Source of the DNA: Diadema antillarum
Taxonomy: Eukaryota
Length of the DNA: 64,000 nt
Direction: 5' to 3'
Assembly (NCBI RefSeq): GCF_040938485.1
Contig: NW_027271778.1
Coordinates: 1,302,001-1,366,000, forward strand
Positions within the stretch are counted from its first letter, which is position 1. Every line of letters begins with the position of its first letter. Below are positions 23,537 through 35,700 of this stretch, in pieces. The position numbers were made by a program, and so were the translations under genes. The notes under the pieces were generated by a model. It did no database searches, was not told the DNA's origin, and worked only from the letters and a program-made list of their open reading frames with translations.

Positions 23537-24937
23537 ATGCCGGTAAGAATGTGAAAATATATGTTGTAGCAAAATTAATTGATTGATGTATAATACGATG
23601 AAATATAGACCCGTTATATCTGTTTAAACATAACTGCTTCCTCTTCATTTGTTACATAGTGCATGGTCCCACCTGCTTAGAATTGAGTGTGTTGGCCATG
23701 ACAAGTCTCTACAGTGCAGAGTGGACGGAGCTGAGAGAGGCGGAGCCGAGGCAGCAGCTAGGCTATCCGTTTCCACGAAATGAGAGTGCAATTTGATGAC
23801 TGACATTCTTAAGTTAAAGTTAGATACTTATCATCACCAGTTTCTATAAAGGGAGATTATTTGTATCGAGATAAACTTCTTTGGATTAGAAAAATCTATC
23901 ACCAGGGCCAGGCAGGGGTGTAAGGTTTTATAGAAAGAAGGTGACAAGGAAATCAAAAATTCCAGAGGGAGTCATGACCATGATGTGAGTGAGAAATGAC
24001 AGATTGGATTTTCTTGGAAAAAGGAAGAAAATTCGTCTAAATTTTAGTGGTATTGCAGACTGCATACGTTTAAAGAAATACTGGTACTTATACGCTCACA
24101 TGTACCACATGTTACCTTTAACTGGTGAAATGATTACTACATTTTTTCTTTTTTTCCCCTGTGATATGTTTTATGACTTCTTTGCTGCAGTGCAGTGTAG
24201 ACTCTAGATGCATGGTAGACTTGTAGTCCAGGTATAGTGGTAGTAAATGAAAATCTCTTTAAATTTTATCTGGTCGATCAGTTGATATTTTGTTTTGTCT
24301 TCGACTTTGCAAACGAGTGAATTAGTGTCAACATCGCTTTATATTTACTGCCCATAGTATTGCTATTACATGTTTCATTCATTGTGCTCAATGTTGTAAT
24401 CAGTTGATGCTTGACAATAAAAGAAATGACACTCTCTTATTTTCACAGAAGTATTGTGCAAATCATAATTTGATACCTTTCAAAGAATTCATGTAATAGA
24501 AAATATATCAGTTGGAGTCACTTTATGCTGCCAGCTGTTATAAAGAATAAGCTTGACCAGTGTAAGTATTCCTCAGGTCTCATACTTGTCTTCTTTTTTT
24601 TTTTGTCCCCCAGGCATATCATTCACAAATCCCTCCAGCTGACCTCTCTCTTGGGAATATGTCATTGCTGCCACTGAGGACACAATTCAGAGGTCCAGCC
24701 CCAAAGTGTAAGTCCATAATTACAGCTGATAAAGGTTTTCTTGAGAGGTAACACCACAGTGTGGCAAACAAATGCCGCACTGTGGTTTTATCTCTCAAGA
24801 AAACCTTTATACTCTATACGAATAAATATCTAAGATTTGATGAACAGAAAATGCTGGATTTTTATTCAAAATGGTAACAAAGGAATAAACTTTTAATGCT
24901 TTTTCCCCCCCAAAAATATAAAAAAATATATATACAG

Positions 24938-24982
<45 letters not shown>

Positions 24983-27900
24983 CATCATTTGTGTGTGTTC
25001 ATTCCAGGCTTGAGATTTTATATATTCATATTCCAGGCAACTGTTCAAACTTCTATCTTCGTTGCATGGGATTTACTCAGCTGGTTGATGCACGTCTGTT
25101 TCTCGTATTGATACAAGCATGAATATTATCATATCAATTAAAACATTGTTTTTTTTAAAGGTAGCAATGAGTGGAACAACAGAAAATTTAGAGCTGAATC
25201 CCCCCATGTACCAGATACAATAAAACTTTTTGTATCAGCCAGCCATCTGGTCAATTATGGCCACAAGCCACAACAAGCTCCCCTGAAGAGAAGTTATGTA
25301 TGTTGAACACATGGCACATATTATACTGACCACCCAATTTATCTCCTGTGTTCAAAATATTATTATAGCAGCCAGAAAAGAAAGGTGCAGCTCTTCACTC
25401 TCTCTCTCTCTCTGTGCACTTTGTATAACTACTTTTAATTTGGCATGAGTTTCTTTGCTTCACATATAGACCCTTTGTAAGGGTCAACCAGATTGTTAAC
25501 TGAGAATTAGAGAAGATGAAAGTGATACAATTTCTTTCTTTCATTTTTTTTACTCAGTTGTATCTGTAATGTGACAAATAAAAATCTCTAGTGACATTCA
25601 GCATGAAGTTTGTATGTACACAGGAAACATGAAAGAGAAACGTAAGAACAGATGTCACATGATGAAATTGAATCACAGCATTTACTGAATTTCTGTTGTT
25701 TGAGCCATATGGGAGAAAATTCCCAGTAACTTTATGTGTGTTTGTTTGTTTTTGTTTACCTATAGGTGATGGCAATGACATTATAGATGAGGCTCTCTAC
25801 TTCTTCAAGGCAAATGTCTTTTTCAAGAACTATGAAATCAAGGTGAGTCACAACATGTTTAAAACAGGAATCATGAGTGGAGTGCATATGATTGAGCCAG
25901 GAATGATCATTTCTTGTGGCTTTTAATCTGTCACACACATTTGTCGTGGCAGGAAATTATCTTTCATACACATTACAAGTCTACACATTTTGTTTCTTTT
26001 GTAAGATACAAGTCTTGTGCTGTGTTTGTAACATGCCAAACTGTATGGCACCTAACTATGACAACAGACTAGAGAACTAAGTGTACAATGCCTGTCATAT
26101 TTATAGGCTGATACCTGTTAAAACTCTGATGATGTTGCATACAGCATGTGTACATGTATTGCTGCTTTCTCATACTGTATGTCACACAGAATCAATGTGA
26201 CAGGGTCTTGATCTACATCACACTGTACATCACTGAGTGTCTCAAGAAACTACAAAGGGTAAGTTCCTCTGTTTACAATACATTTTCTTTTTATCTTACT
26301 CCCTCTTTCTCTCTCTGTTTTTCTCTCTCTCTCTCTCCTTCCATTACTCCTCCTTTTCTTCTCATTAAGCTGAATAAAGGAGTCAAATGAATAAATACCA
26401 GTGATTGCACTGTATATTTTCTGAGACTGGATGTTGTGGCATATCAAAACCGAAAGATTTTAATTTTCCATGATTTGATGCTAGGGATGATGTAATAGCT
26501 AGCCGCACTTTGTTGCATGTTTAGTGGGAAGGAAAGCTGGAACCCTGTAAAACATTCCTCTGATCCCCAGTGCGACTTGTTTGTGTCTCTGCTATGAAGT
26601 GGTACCTTTGTACCTATAATGTGTTCATAACTGTAGGTTTGTTTGGTTTCTGCTTCGATGTACAACCTTTCAGCAGTCAGAAACACGGCCTCACAACTCT
26701 TATACAGTAACAGGTTTGGTCATACACATAATGACATCTTGGTAAGAGAACAAACTGCTAGAAACATCTGTTTGCGCCAAAGAGCTTGTATTATATGAGT
26801 AGATACAAGAGTGCTTACTCACCATACACCCTGTATGATTGCTCTGTGATTGCCCAGAGATAGACGTGAGGCGCTAGACTTACCCCTCATGGCTAGCATG
26901 CTAGCATATGAGTGACCAAGGAGCAGCCATATCAAGGAGTGTGCATAAAAGTTCAAAAGTTCAAGTATGCCCTGTAAAAAATGTTGCTTGATCTCATGGA
27001 GAGCACATGCTCGGAGTGAAGTCTGCCATTACTGAGTAGGTAACATGTGCGGCTCTTTGTGATCACAGACGTAATTGTATAGTTCTCCCTCTACAGGTTG
27101 TGAGAAAAAAAATCTCTTTGGTGAGCATTAACTCATGTATATTCATTATGTGTGTTTGTTTGTGTGATGTTAACCGTGCAGTGCTCTTCCAAGAATGCTG
27201 GTCAGAAGGAGATGACATCCCTTGCCATTGCCAAGTTCTGTGTACCAGGAGAGGCAGGATTCCCACTCAATGCCCTGTATGCAAAACCTGCAGACAGGGG
27301 AGAAGAGGGTAGGAAATGCTATTGGAAACACAAAAATATTTGCGATATATTAATTTTCATGATTTTGTGCTACTTTTGGCTAGTGTGAACTCTATAACCC
27401 GGGTAAATATCTTCACGATTTTCTCTGCCCATTTTGAAGGGGTTGAATTGTGCGCTTTGTCAGTGATCCCTCGCGGGTATGAGTGTGTGCCCTAATACTG
27501 TTATTAATATTCATTTGAGCGCATGTGTGTATGCAGTAGTTTCTATGCAGGCCATACATTCAAATGGCTCAGGGCAGCACTTCAGTCTACATACATTTTC
27601 TTTGAACTGGATGAAAACATACATGCACAAGTATGAAACAATTATGCAGTGTGAATTCAAGAACCAGTCAGTATGTTTTTAAGCCACAAAGCACAAAAAG
27701 TTAATTGCGTGAAAATATTGACATTTACAGTACTCGGCAAACTTTCTCCTTTTCTCTGTCCCATCCAGCCTAGTAAATGGAAATTTGAAATTTGGGTAAG
27801 GAAGGTTGGAGAAAAGAAATCTTATGTAATGATGGAATGAACTACAAAAGGAAGAAGTTATGAATGGGTTCTCTGTGAAAGATGCAGGTGGAGGCAAGAA

Positions 27901-28673
27901 CTTGTAGATGTTTTGTGACTGCTTTGGTTACATGAGAAATATAGGAAAAAGCAGAATTTAATCTATGTCTAAAGTTGTATGATAGAGTGAGAGATGTTCT
28001 CTACAATCAGAGGAAAACACTTTATGCAGGGGCAGATCCAGGAATTCTGTAAAGGGGAGGGGGGGGGGGCGCAACTAAATTTCTGGTGCCACTTCCGGGT
28101 TTCATTTCATTTTCTGTTTTAATTTCTTTTGTTTTTAATGAAAAATAAAGGGGGCGTGCACCGGTTGTGCCCCCCTCTGGATCCGCCACTGTGATGTAAT
28201 CATTTCCCAATTACATCTGTCATTTTTAGTTTCAGAGTGAAAATGAATGTGTTGTGTGCCGGTGTCCATAGCATTGTGCATGGCTATTCATTCTTGTACC
28301 AATGTTGTTTAAAAATAAACCAGAAAAGGAAAATAGCCTTATGTCTTGCTGAAGTGTATTTGAATTATAAAGTCAGAGAGGAAATTACATGGTTAGAAAA
28401 TGTTTGGATGTACTGAAGGATTCACTTTCTTCTCATGATGGTATGACCTCCGCCCTCAAGAATATGTTTCTCTCCTTCTCCAACATCTCATCGTCATCTC
28501 CCTCCAATTCCTCAGAGCAAATGCGATCCTACCTGCAGCAGATCCGGCAGGAGACTGGACAGCGTCTGGTGGAGAAAGTCTTTGATCCAGCCACGGACAA
28601 GCCCACCAAGTTCTGGATGTGCTTCGTGAAGAGAAAATTCATGGACAAGAGCCTATCAGCTTTCGGCCAATGA
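23537..28673 (+). CDS. ARPC3: Actin-related protein 2/3 complex subunit 3 (p21-ARC), 176 aa
   Basis: join(23537..23542,24614..24707,25766..25842,26190..26258,27182..27308,28516..28673) = 531 nt, GT-AG, phases consistent. [116 protein letters not shown]. Confidence 0.97.
24941..24978. repeat. (TA)n microsatellite
   Basis: Pure TA run in ARPC3 intron 2. Confidence 0.9.
28027..28191 (+). mobile_element. CAGGGGCAGATCC..GGATCCGCCACTG MITE
   Basis: TIR as at 4294; flanks TTATG/TGATG (5-bp TSD with one mismatch); in the last ARPC3 intron. Confidence 0.75.
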
Positions 28674-31170
28674 ACAAGATGTAGCCTAACTCTTCCTCGT
28701 CTTTTCTATGCCCACACCGTATGTAGTTGCGTAGTCAAGATTCCATAAGTCAGGAAAACTGTTTTTGGAATACTGGTTAGTCAGGTATTACCCTCTCTGA
28801 TAGCTTTTTTTTTTGCTTTTTGTAATATGGGGCAGTACATGTCATAGCAATTTGATATCACTCAGTTCATTAGAATGACAAAGGAAAGTGTTAGAGTAAG
28901 CTTATCTTCCAAAACCCACTTTTTCTTTACATATTGACACATTTGCATGTAGTCATGATATCTCAAAATTTTGATAGGATGAAGTAATATGATTAGATAT
29001 GAGATGTTCTGATGATGAGAAGCATTTTTTATTATTAGATATGTGGTAAACTTAAAAAAACAACAACAACAAAAACATAATGGATATTAATTGACCTATC
29101 CTTGGACTCAGGTACTTTGCTGTTGCCTCTCATGAATTCAGAGAGATATTCCTTTCTGTGGGAAAAATATTCTCAAATTTGTCATCCAATTATCGCCATG
29201 CAATTGTCTCAAAATGTTGCATTAGGCCTTGTGAGAAGGACATGTACTCCAGGAAGGTGTTTCTACGAAGTCCATGAAAATGCAAATAAGACAAATGGCT
29301 AGGAACTGTAATGTCACAGTCCCATTTGATGTGGCATAGTATTGGGTGCCATGATGTCTAGCCATGATGTGTGCGATAAAGTACTTTTTCATGTACTTTA
29401 ATATGCAAAATGATCAAGCTACAGTATATGGTATATATCGTTGTTTAGTTAAACAAAAGTTATTATACATGTATCGGTCTCATGTAGAGCTTGTTTAAAC
29501 ATAATGCCAAATGAAAAAAAAAAATGATATTAAGCAGAATAACGGAGAAAAAAAAAGTTTCTCTTGAGCAGAATAGACAAAAAGTAAACTTTAGTGACAT
29601 TCCATGTAAAATGAGAGGGGAAAACTCCAGATGAGGACCGTCATGCAAGCATATTCAGGGTCTCATGACCATGGGTGTTGATTTAGCATATTTCTAGGAC
29701 TCTTCTATAATCACCACTGCACCACCATATCATATCACTTTTAACACAAAATTGTACTCATCTTTGCTTTCATGATTAAACGTCTAGAACACCATGACAA
29801 CTTGTGCCTCATTATTTATGCAAGTTGAAAACATTTCTTGCTGTCTGTCCAGCTCTCTGTTTTTTCTGTGTAATCCGTATGTATACCCCATTCATCTTTA
29901 TATTCCATTCTTCTGTTCAGCCCATTCATCTGTCAATCCTATCATCTATGTGTATTGATCCTTTACTCGAATCTTATCTGTCACAGACACATACAAAGAT
30001 ACACAGTCACAAGGAGGGAGCTCCTAATTTACCCTTTACGGAATTGTCCATTTGACATCGTTCATTCTGTCTGTCATGGAGAGTGAAAGATTCTGGACTC
30101 AATTTACAACATGTGTACAGTATGTCAAATGCAATCATGTTTTATGTATTTACTTAATAGCTGGGGTTCAACAGGCTTACCAAGTACATTATGTGTACTG
30201 CAGTGCTGTTTGTACACATGCCCAAGTTCTTATATAATAGATGTAAATTAGTATGTGTTTCATGTAAGAGAGGACTTCCTATGAAGCATACAATACAGTA
30301 TTTACATGTTGACATATGATTCCCCAGTCATAGAGAGAGAGAGTGAGATAGCGAGTTATGTAAATACAATTTTGTATAGTTGAAGATGTTTTCTTTCAGA
30401 TTTTTTTTTTTCTGTATGTAAAACTCACTATATGCTTGTTTCAAGCGTATTTGTAATGATTCTTTCTAATGACAGATCACAGATGCTTATTAAATTCACA
30501 AAGTGCAAACCATGAAACTGTGTACTCTGCTGTGCTACTCTGTGTGTGTCATTGTTTTAACCCATGTGTCTGGCCAAGTACACAAAGAATGAGGAGACCC
30601 AATTTACAGTTTTCAAATGCCAGATTACAAACACAGCTATGCATATGTGGGAAATTACGTGTCTCATTTGACAACATGTGTGATGATGTCCCACAATTCA
30701 TGTACCAGGATTTCTTATGATGAGTTGTTCCTGTGCAGAACAACAATATTTTATGAAAGCATGAGAATATTAAGCAGAGGTCACCCAGGTTGAGGTATAA
30801 GCTTTTCTTCAATTTGTCATCCTCTATGACTGAAATTTGTAAGATTGCATTTGTACAGGGAGACAAATTGAAGAAAAACTCACACCTCAACAATATTTTA
30901 AGTAATAAATCTTGTGTATTGTAATACATGTAGTATGGTGCTAGTCAGGTGTGCACATGAAGTCATGATAATGATGATGATAAGGATTATTCACAGTACA
31001 TGTGTATTTGTATGGTGTCATATATCTATTAAAAGAAAGATCAAAGGTGCTGCAGACTCCCCTCCAAGACAGACTTCCCAACTGACTGCTGAGAAATGTG
31101 AATCTTGAATGAAGCTTTGCAGCACACCAAATTGCCCCTATGAATTGATACCATTGAATGGCTGCTTGTT

Positions 31171-31205
31171 AGATTGCTTGATTGCTTGCTTGATTGCTTG
31201 CTTGG

Positions 31206-31246
<41 letters not shown>
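31171..31246. repeat. (TGCT)/(TGAT)n tetranucleotide microsatellite
   Basis: ATTGCTTG units followed by a (TGAT)n run; explains the QSINQS ORF 31041-31397. Confidence 0.9.
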
Positions 31247-31247
<1 letters not shown>

Positions 31248-32066
31248 TTCTTTAGCACTTGATTGAAAAAGTTTACCAATCAAATGATGAAATCCAGGTG
31301 CTGCCAAATTAGCGAGTTTGATTTTTCTCTTCATAACAAGCACATCACCATGGTTACCAAAAACTCTTTGAAAAATCTGCCCACAAATGTTATACATAAT
31401 TGTATTTTAACACTAATCTGTTTTTTTCTCATTGAATGTATAACAGGGATAGAAGGAACAATTTAGAGATGGTCAAATGTTTTGTCTCGATCAGACACCC
31501 CTCAGTACAAGTTCTGTGTACTGCTCTAGGGTGCCTTTTAAACTAGTAATTGCATGACCTCAGCTTCCACAAAAATGTAACTACATGCTAAGTACTCATT
31601 TCATGAAGATGAAGCTTGAAATGTGCCAATAAAGGGTAGATCTTGTGCTGGATCTTCTTTGTATATGTCTCTTTTATTTTGCAATTCAGTTGTAAAAACT
31701 TTTGGATATAAAATAACATTTTATTTTTATGATGCACATGACTCAGTTGACCCCTTTCCTGCAAAGATATTCTGCTACATTGTACAGTCTGCTATGCCAC
31801 ATCAGCAAATTTTGGAGAGCCAGTGCTTTGCAAGAATAAGACACACTGCACACAATATCATCCCCGCTAAAAAATTAATCAAGCTCAGATCAAATCAATC
31901 AATCAGTCAATCAGTTCAATGATCACACATGCATGCAAAGATATGTACATACAGACTTGTGGAGAACCCCTACCCCTCCTCCCCCAAAAAAGACAAAATC
32001 AATACATATAAAAATATAAGAAAATTGATTGATATTTAAAAAAAAAAAAAAAAAAATGATCGGCAT

Positions 32067-32138
32067 TGGAGATATCGGGGATCGAACCCGAGGCCTCTCG
32101 CATGCAAAGCGAGCGCTCTACCACTGAGCTATATCCCC
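32067..32138 (-). tRNA. tRNA-Ala (anticodon UGC)
   Basis: GGGGATATAGCTCAGTGGTAGAGCGCTCGCTTTGCATGCGAGAGGCCTCGGGTTCGATCCCCGATATCTCCA: full cloverleaf, G3:U70 alanine identity pair, A and B boxes, anticodon TGC at 32104-32106, and an oligo-T terminator (32039-32056 on minus) ~10 nt downstream. Confidence 0.97.
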
Positions 32139-32189
32139 TTTGCACGGCGGAGGAAGACAATAATAATTTATAAAGTCTAGTACAGAATG

Positions 32190-32707
32190 TGGTGCTCCTA
32201 CGCAGTGCGTGGAAAGGATTATCGTGTAGCACACAGGCGAAGTGTTATTTCCGTGCGATCGGAGCCACCTTATTGCCTTGGATCGCCGTGTGGCTGGCTG
32301 GGAAGACCGCCCGGTCGGTGTCACGTCTGGCTCCGGAGCCGGCGGCCCGGCTGCTATGCGCATACACACTGCTGGCGAGCTTAGGTAGGTAGCTAGTGAG
32401 GCAGAGCCTGCCGGTACGAGGCCTCGGGGATACGGTGTGTGCGCTGCTGCTGCTGCTGCCCAGCTAGCAGAATTAGGCAACGGAGGTTAGCTCAGCTCAG
32501 CATGCAGGCAGGCCGGCCTGGCAGTGAGGGCTGCAGCGGTCTGCGGAGCGCGCTGATTTGAAAAAGGAGAGTTGTAACTGAAAGTGTAATCCAGATTTTA
32601 CATCGACGAGATCAAACGGAAGACTACTACGAGTACTATACTACCGTACTGTCTTCATATCATTGCTGAGCTGATTGGTGGGTAGCTGATAGTCCGAACA
32701 AACGAGT
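32190..32707 (+). promoter_or_regulatory. GC/CpG island: RAD51C promoter and 5' UTR
   Basis: Strongly GC- and CpG-rich block between the tRNA and the RAD51C ATG; short (GCT)n run; possible 5' UTR donor AG|GTAGGT at ~32385. Confidence 0.55.
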
Positions 32708-35700
32708 ATGCAGCGTGACCTTCACAGTTTTCCTATTCCCCCTTCGTACAGAACGAAGTTGAAGGCTGCAGGATTCAGTGCAGTCTCTGATGTTCTAGAA
32801 TTAAAACCATCTGAACTGAGCAAAGGTCAGTGTACGATGCGAATAAGACCACTTTCATAGTATTATAAGATGCATGTTTTAGTTGTGACAGTAGCACCAT
32901 TGCAAAATGATGTCAATAATTGTTAATTGTGCCACTAGCAAACTAGACTACTTAAACATCAGGTAATTATGAATATAATATTCAACTTCAAGATCTGTAT
33001 TCAACAAGGTTGAGGTCATCCACTGGCACTGGACGGGTGTATGCATGCTCCCTGAACTGTGCACAGATGGTATCTGTAATTTCACGGTGGACTTCTTATC
33101 TGATGATGTTGGAACATGTAGGCCCTACGGTCAGCCCTCCGTGAAAAGACTGATACCATCGCCGATCGGTCTAAACAGTAACACAGTTTCTAGACAGAAA
33201 TATCCGTCTGTCCGGAGGAGTCTTTTATATTTTTTGATGTTATCGCTCTCCTCCGTAGGGGCGTAGACAAAAACTATAGGAGGGGATCCGTGAAGCCAGA
33301 CGCAGTCTCTGTGGAACATTTCCCCAACAGGAACATTTCCCCGACGACCAGATACAGACCGATCTTTTGGTCAACACAGTTTCATATTCCCAAACCCCCC
33401 TGTACAGTGTCAGTAGATCTATATAAACTGTTAAATATGTAATGTACCAGTACATATATTGTGTGATAAAATGTATGTTAGACTGTTAAGCCAGATTGCC
33501 ACACAGACAGAAAGATCCATCTGTCTGGAGGAATCTTTTATGATTTTTGACATTTAGGATTCCGTGAAGCCAGACGCAGTCTCCGCGGAACGTATCACCG
33601 ACAAGATAACAGACCAATTAATCTTTTGGTCAACTCAATGGCCTGCATAAAGTGTACCAAGTTTGAACTTCGAAGTCTGAATAAATTATGAATCCAGGAG
33701 GCAATAATGCACTCCCTGTTTTTCGTGTAGGCCTAAAGGCTATCATTTCAGATGGACTCTCTAGTTCATATTGAATCGCCTCGCGTATTCAAACCCTCTA
33801 TAAAATAGTATAATTTTGATTAAAAAATGTACCGGTAGTCTCTATATTGCTGTAAATTGATGGTACAGTACCGGTTGAGATGAGTATATTTCAGGTTTCA
33901 ACTTTTTGTGAGATAATTGGAAACCACTTAAATGAAATGTTTTGGTGAAAATCTGTTAAAATGGCTGAGATATCCAAAAACAAAGTATTTTCAAAGTGGT
34001 CCTTATAAAAGATGAGACCCACCGCCTTTTATTAGCCCTGGCCTCTTTGTATTTGATTATCTCAGACATTTCAAACTGATATTCACCAAACAAACTTTAT
34101 ACTGACTAAGGATCATATGCTATCCAATATTTCACTTAAGTGATTTCCAACAGTCTCACAAAAATTAAAACCTGATTCCGACATCTCAACCAGAACTATA
34201 CCATCCCTTTATTAAGTTCAACTAAGAGCAATGCTGAAATGAGAAGGATGATCTGTGGTGTCCAGTTGTGTTCAAGACTGAAAACTTTAATGGACTAATT
34301 TTCTACTAAAAAGAGCAAAGAATTCCTTTGGTGCCTCCATTAGGATGGAAAGAAAAAAACAAAACATGAACACTGCATGTTTTGTAATTAATTTCCAAGT
34401 ACGTTTCCCATCTTCCAGGTGATGAAATATCTAGATATCAGCCTTCCTCCTAGCTCTGTTTAGGGTGAGGAAGTGCATTTATTGCCAAATATCTATGTAT
34501 GGGACTAGCTAGCAGATATACACAGCACATCATGAGTGTTGTGACTGATATGCACAGCACAGTGCAGTTGTAAAAGAAACAAAATGCACTACCAGGTATT
34601 GACTATTATTGGGCATATAATGTATATTGATATGCAATAAGTTTTGCTTGTGCAATTGCTTGTGCAGGTTTAGTTTTTGTCTTTTAACCCCTTGATGGTG
34701 AGAAATAAACTTAGTAATTTTAAAAGAAATGTTTTTTTTTTTTTTTTCTCAGTTTTATTGAAAGGGTGTCAAAGCCACAGATGCCATTTTATCTCATTCA
34801 TGAATGGACACAGAAGATTTTGTAAAATTTGGCATTCAAACATTGATATTTTGCATTGTACAGAATTAGGCATAAGTAAAGAAGATGCTCTGGAATTACT
34901 GAGAACCTTCAAGTCTGGTAGAAATTCTGCTGAACAACATGAGCCGCCTGTCTCTTCAACCACAAGCTGCCAAGCAGCAGCATCTGGCACCAGTACTTCA
35001 GGAGAAACGCCAAGCCAGCCACGACTACATGCATGCAGTCCAGGTACCGGTAACAAGACAGTTTGTGCATTTGGCTGTGATACCAAAATACATTGCATAA
35101 CTTAGGCTTGACCTCGCAATGGGTATCAAATTCTGATGTGGCTACAACTTTTTCCATAATACTTATACATAATATAAGTGAAAAATGATGTAGTACAGTT
35201 TTCCCCCACCTGTCTAAAATTGACAAGGAGATGTGAAGAATGTTGATGTCATTCATTAAACAATGTTCAAACCAATTTGATAACGAATGAAAAGGAAACT
35301 GAAACATCAGTAATGGTCGTCCTAATTGTCAAAGTGTAAAGAAATGTGTAAGATTATATCATTCTTGTAATGTGTTTGTAACTATGCAGAAGCTGAACAA
35401 ATTTGATTACTCAGTATTGTTTCTCACCTTTGTATGAAGACTTTGAAACTGTAAAGTGTCAAACTTGTGGTTGATTTCCTGCAGCTTGGTATAACGATAA
35501 GAGTCAGAGAACGGTTACAGCCTTTGAAATGCTGCGACAGGACCAGTCAAAGCCACCGATCATCACATTCTGTGAGGAGCTAGATGACATACTTGGGGGT
35601 GGGGTGCCCATGGGAAAGATCACAGAGATATGCGGTGCCCCCGGGGTGGGCAAGACACAGCTATGGTGAGTATTGCAGTATCTCTTTGATAGTTGCTGAT

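Noticed and set aside
28389-28515. N-terminal extension of the ARPC3 last-exon ORF (MVRKCLD...)
   Set aside because: It is intronic pyrimidine tract read in frame; homology and phase start at the CAG acceptor at 28515.
32190-32600. Telomerase RNA, RNase P/MRP, SRP or U3 gene
   Set aside because: No CUAACCCU template, no CR-I/CR-V consensus, and no SRP Alu or U3 box motifs; the 7-bp complementarity AGACCGC/GCGGTCT is expected by chance in GC-rich DNA.
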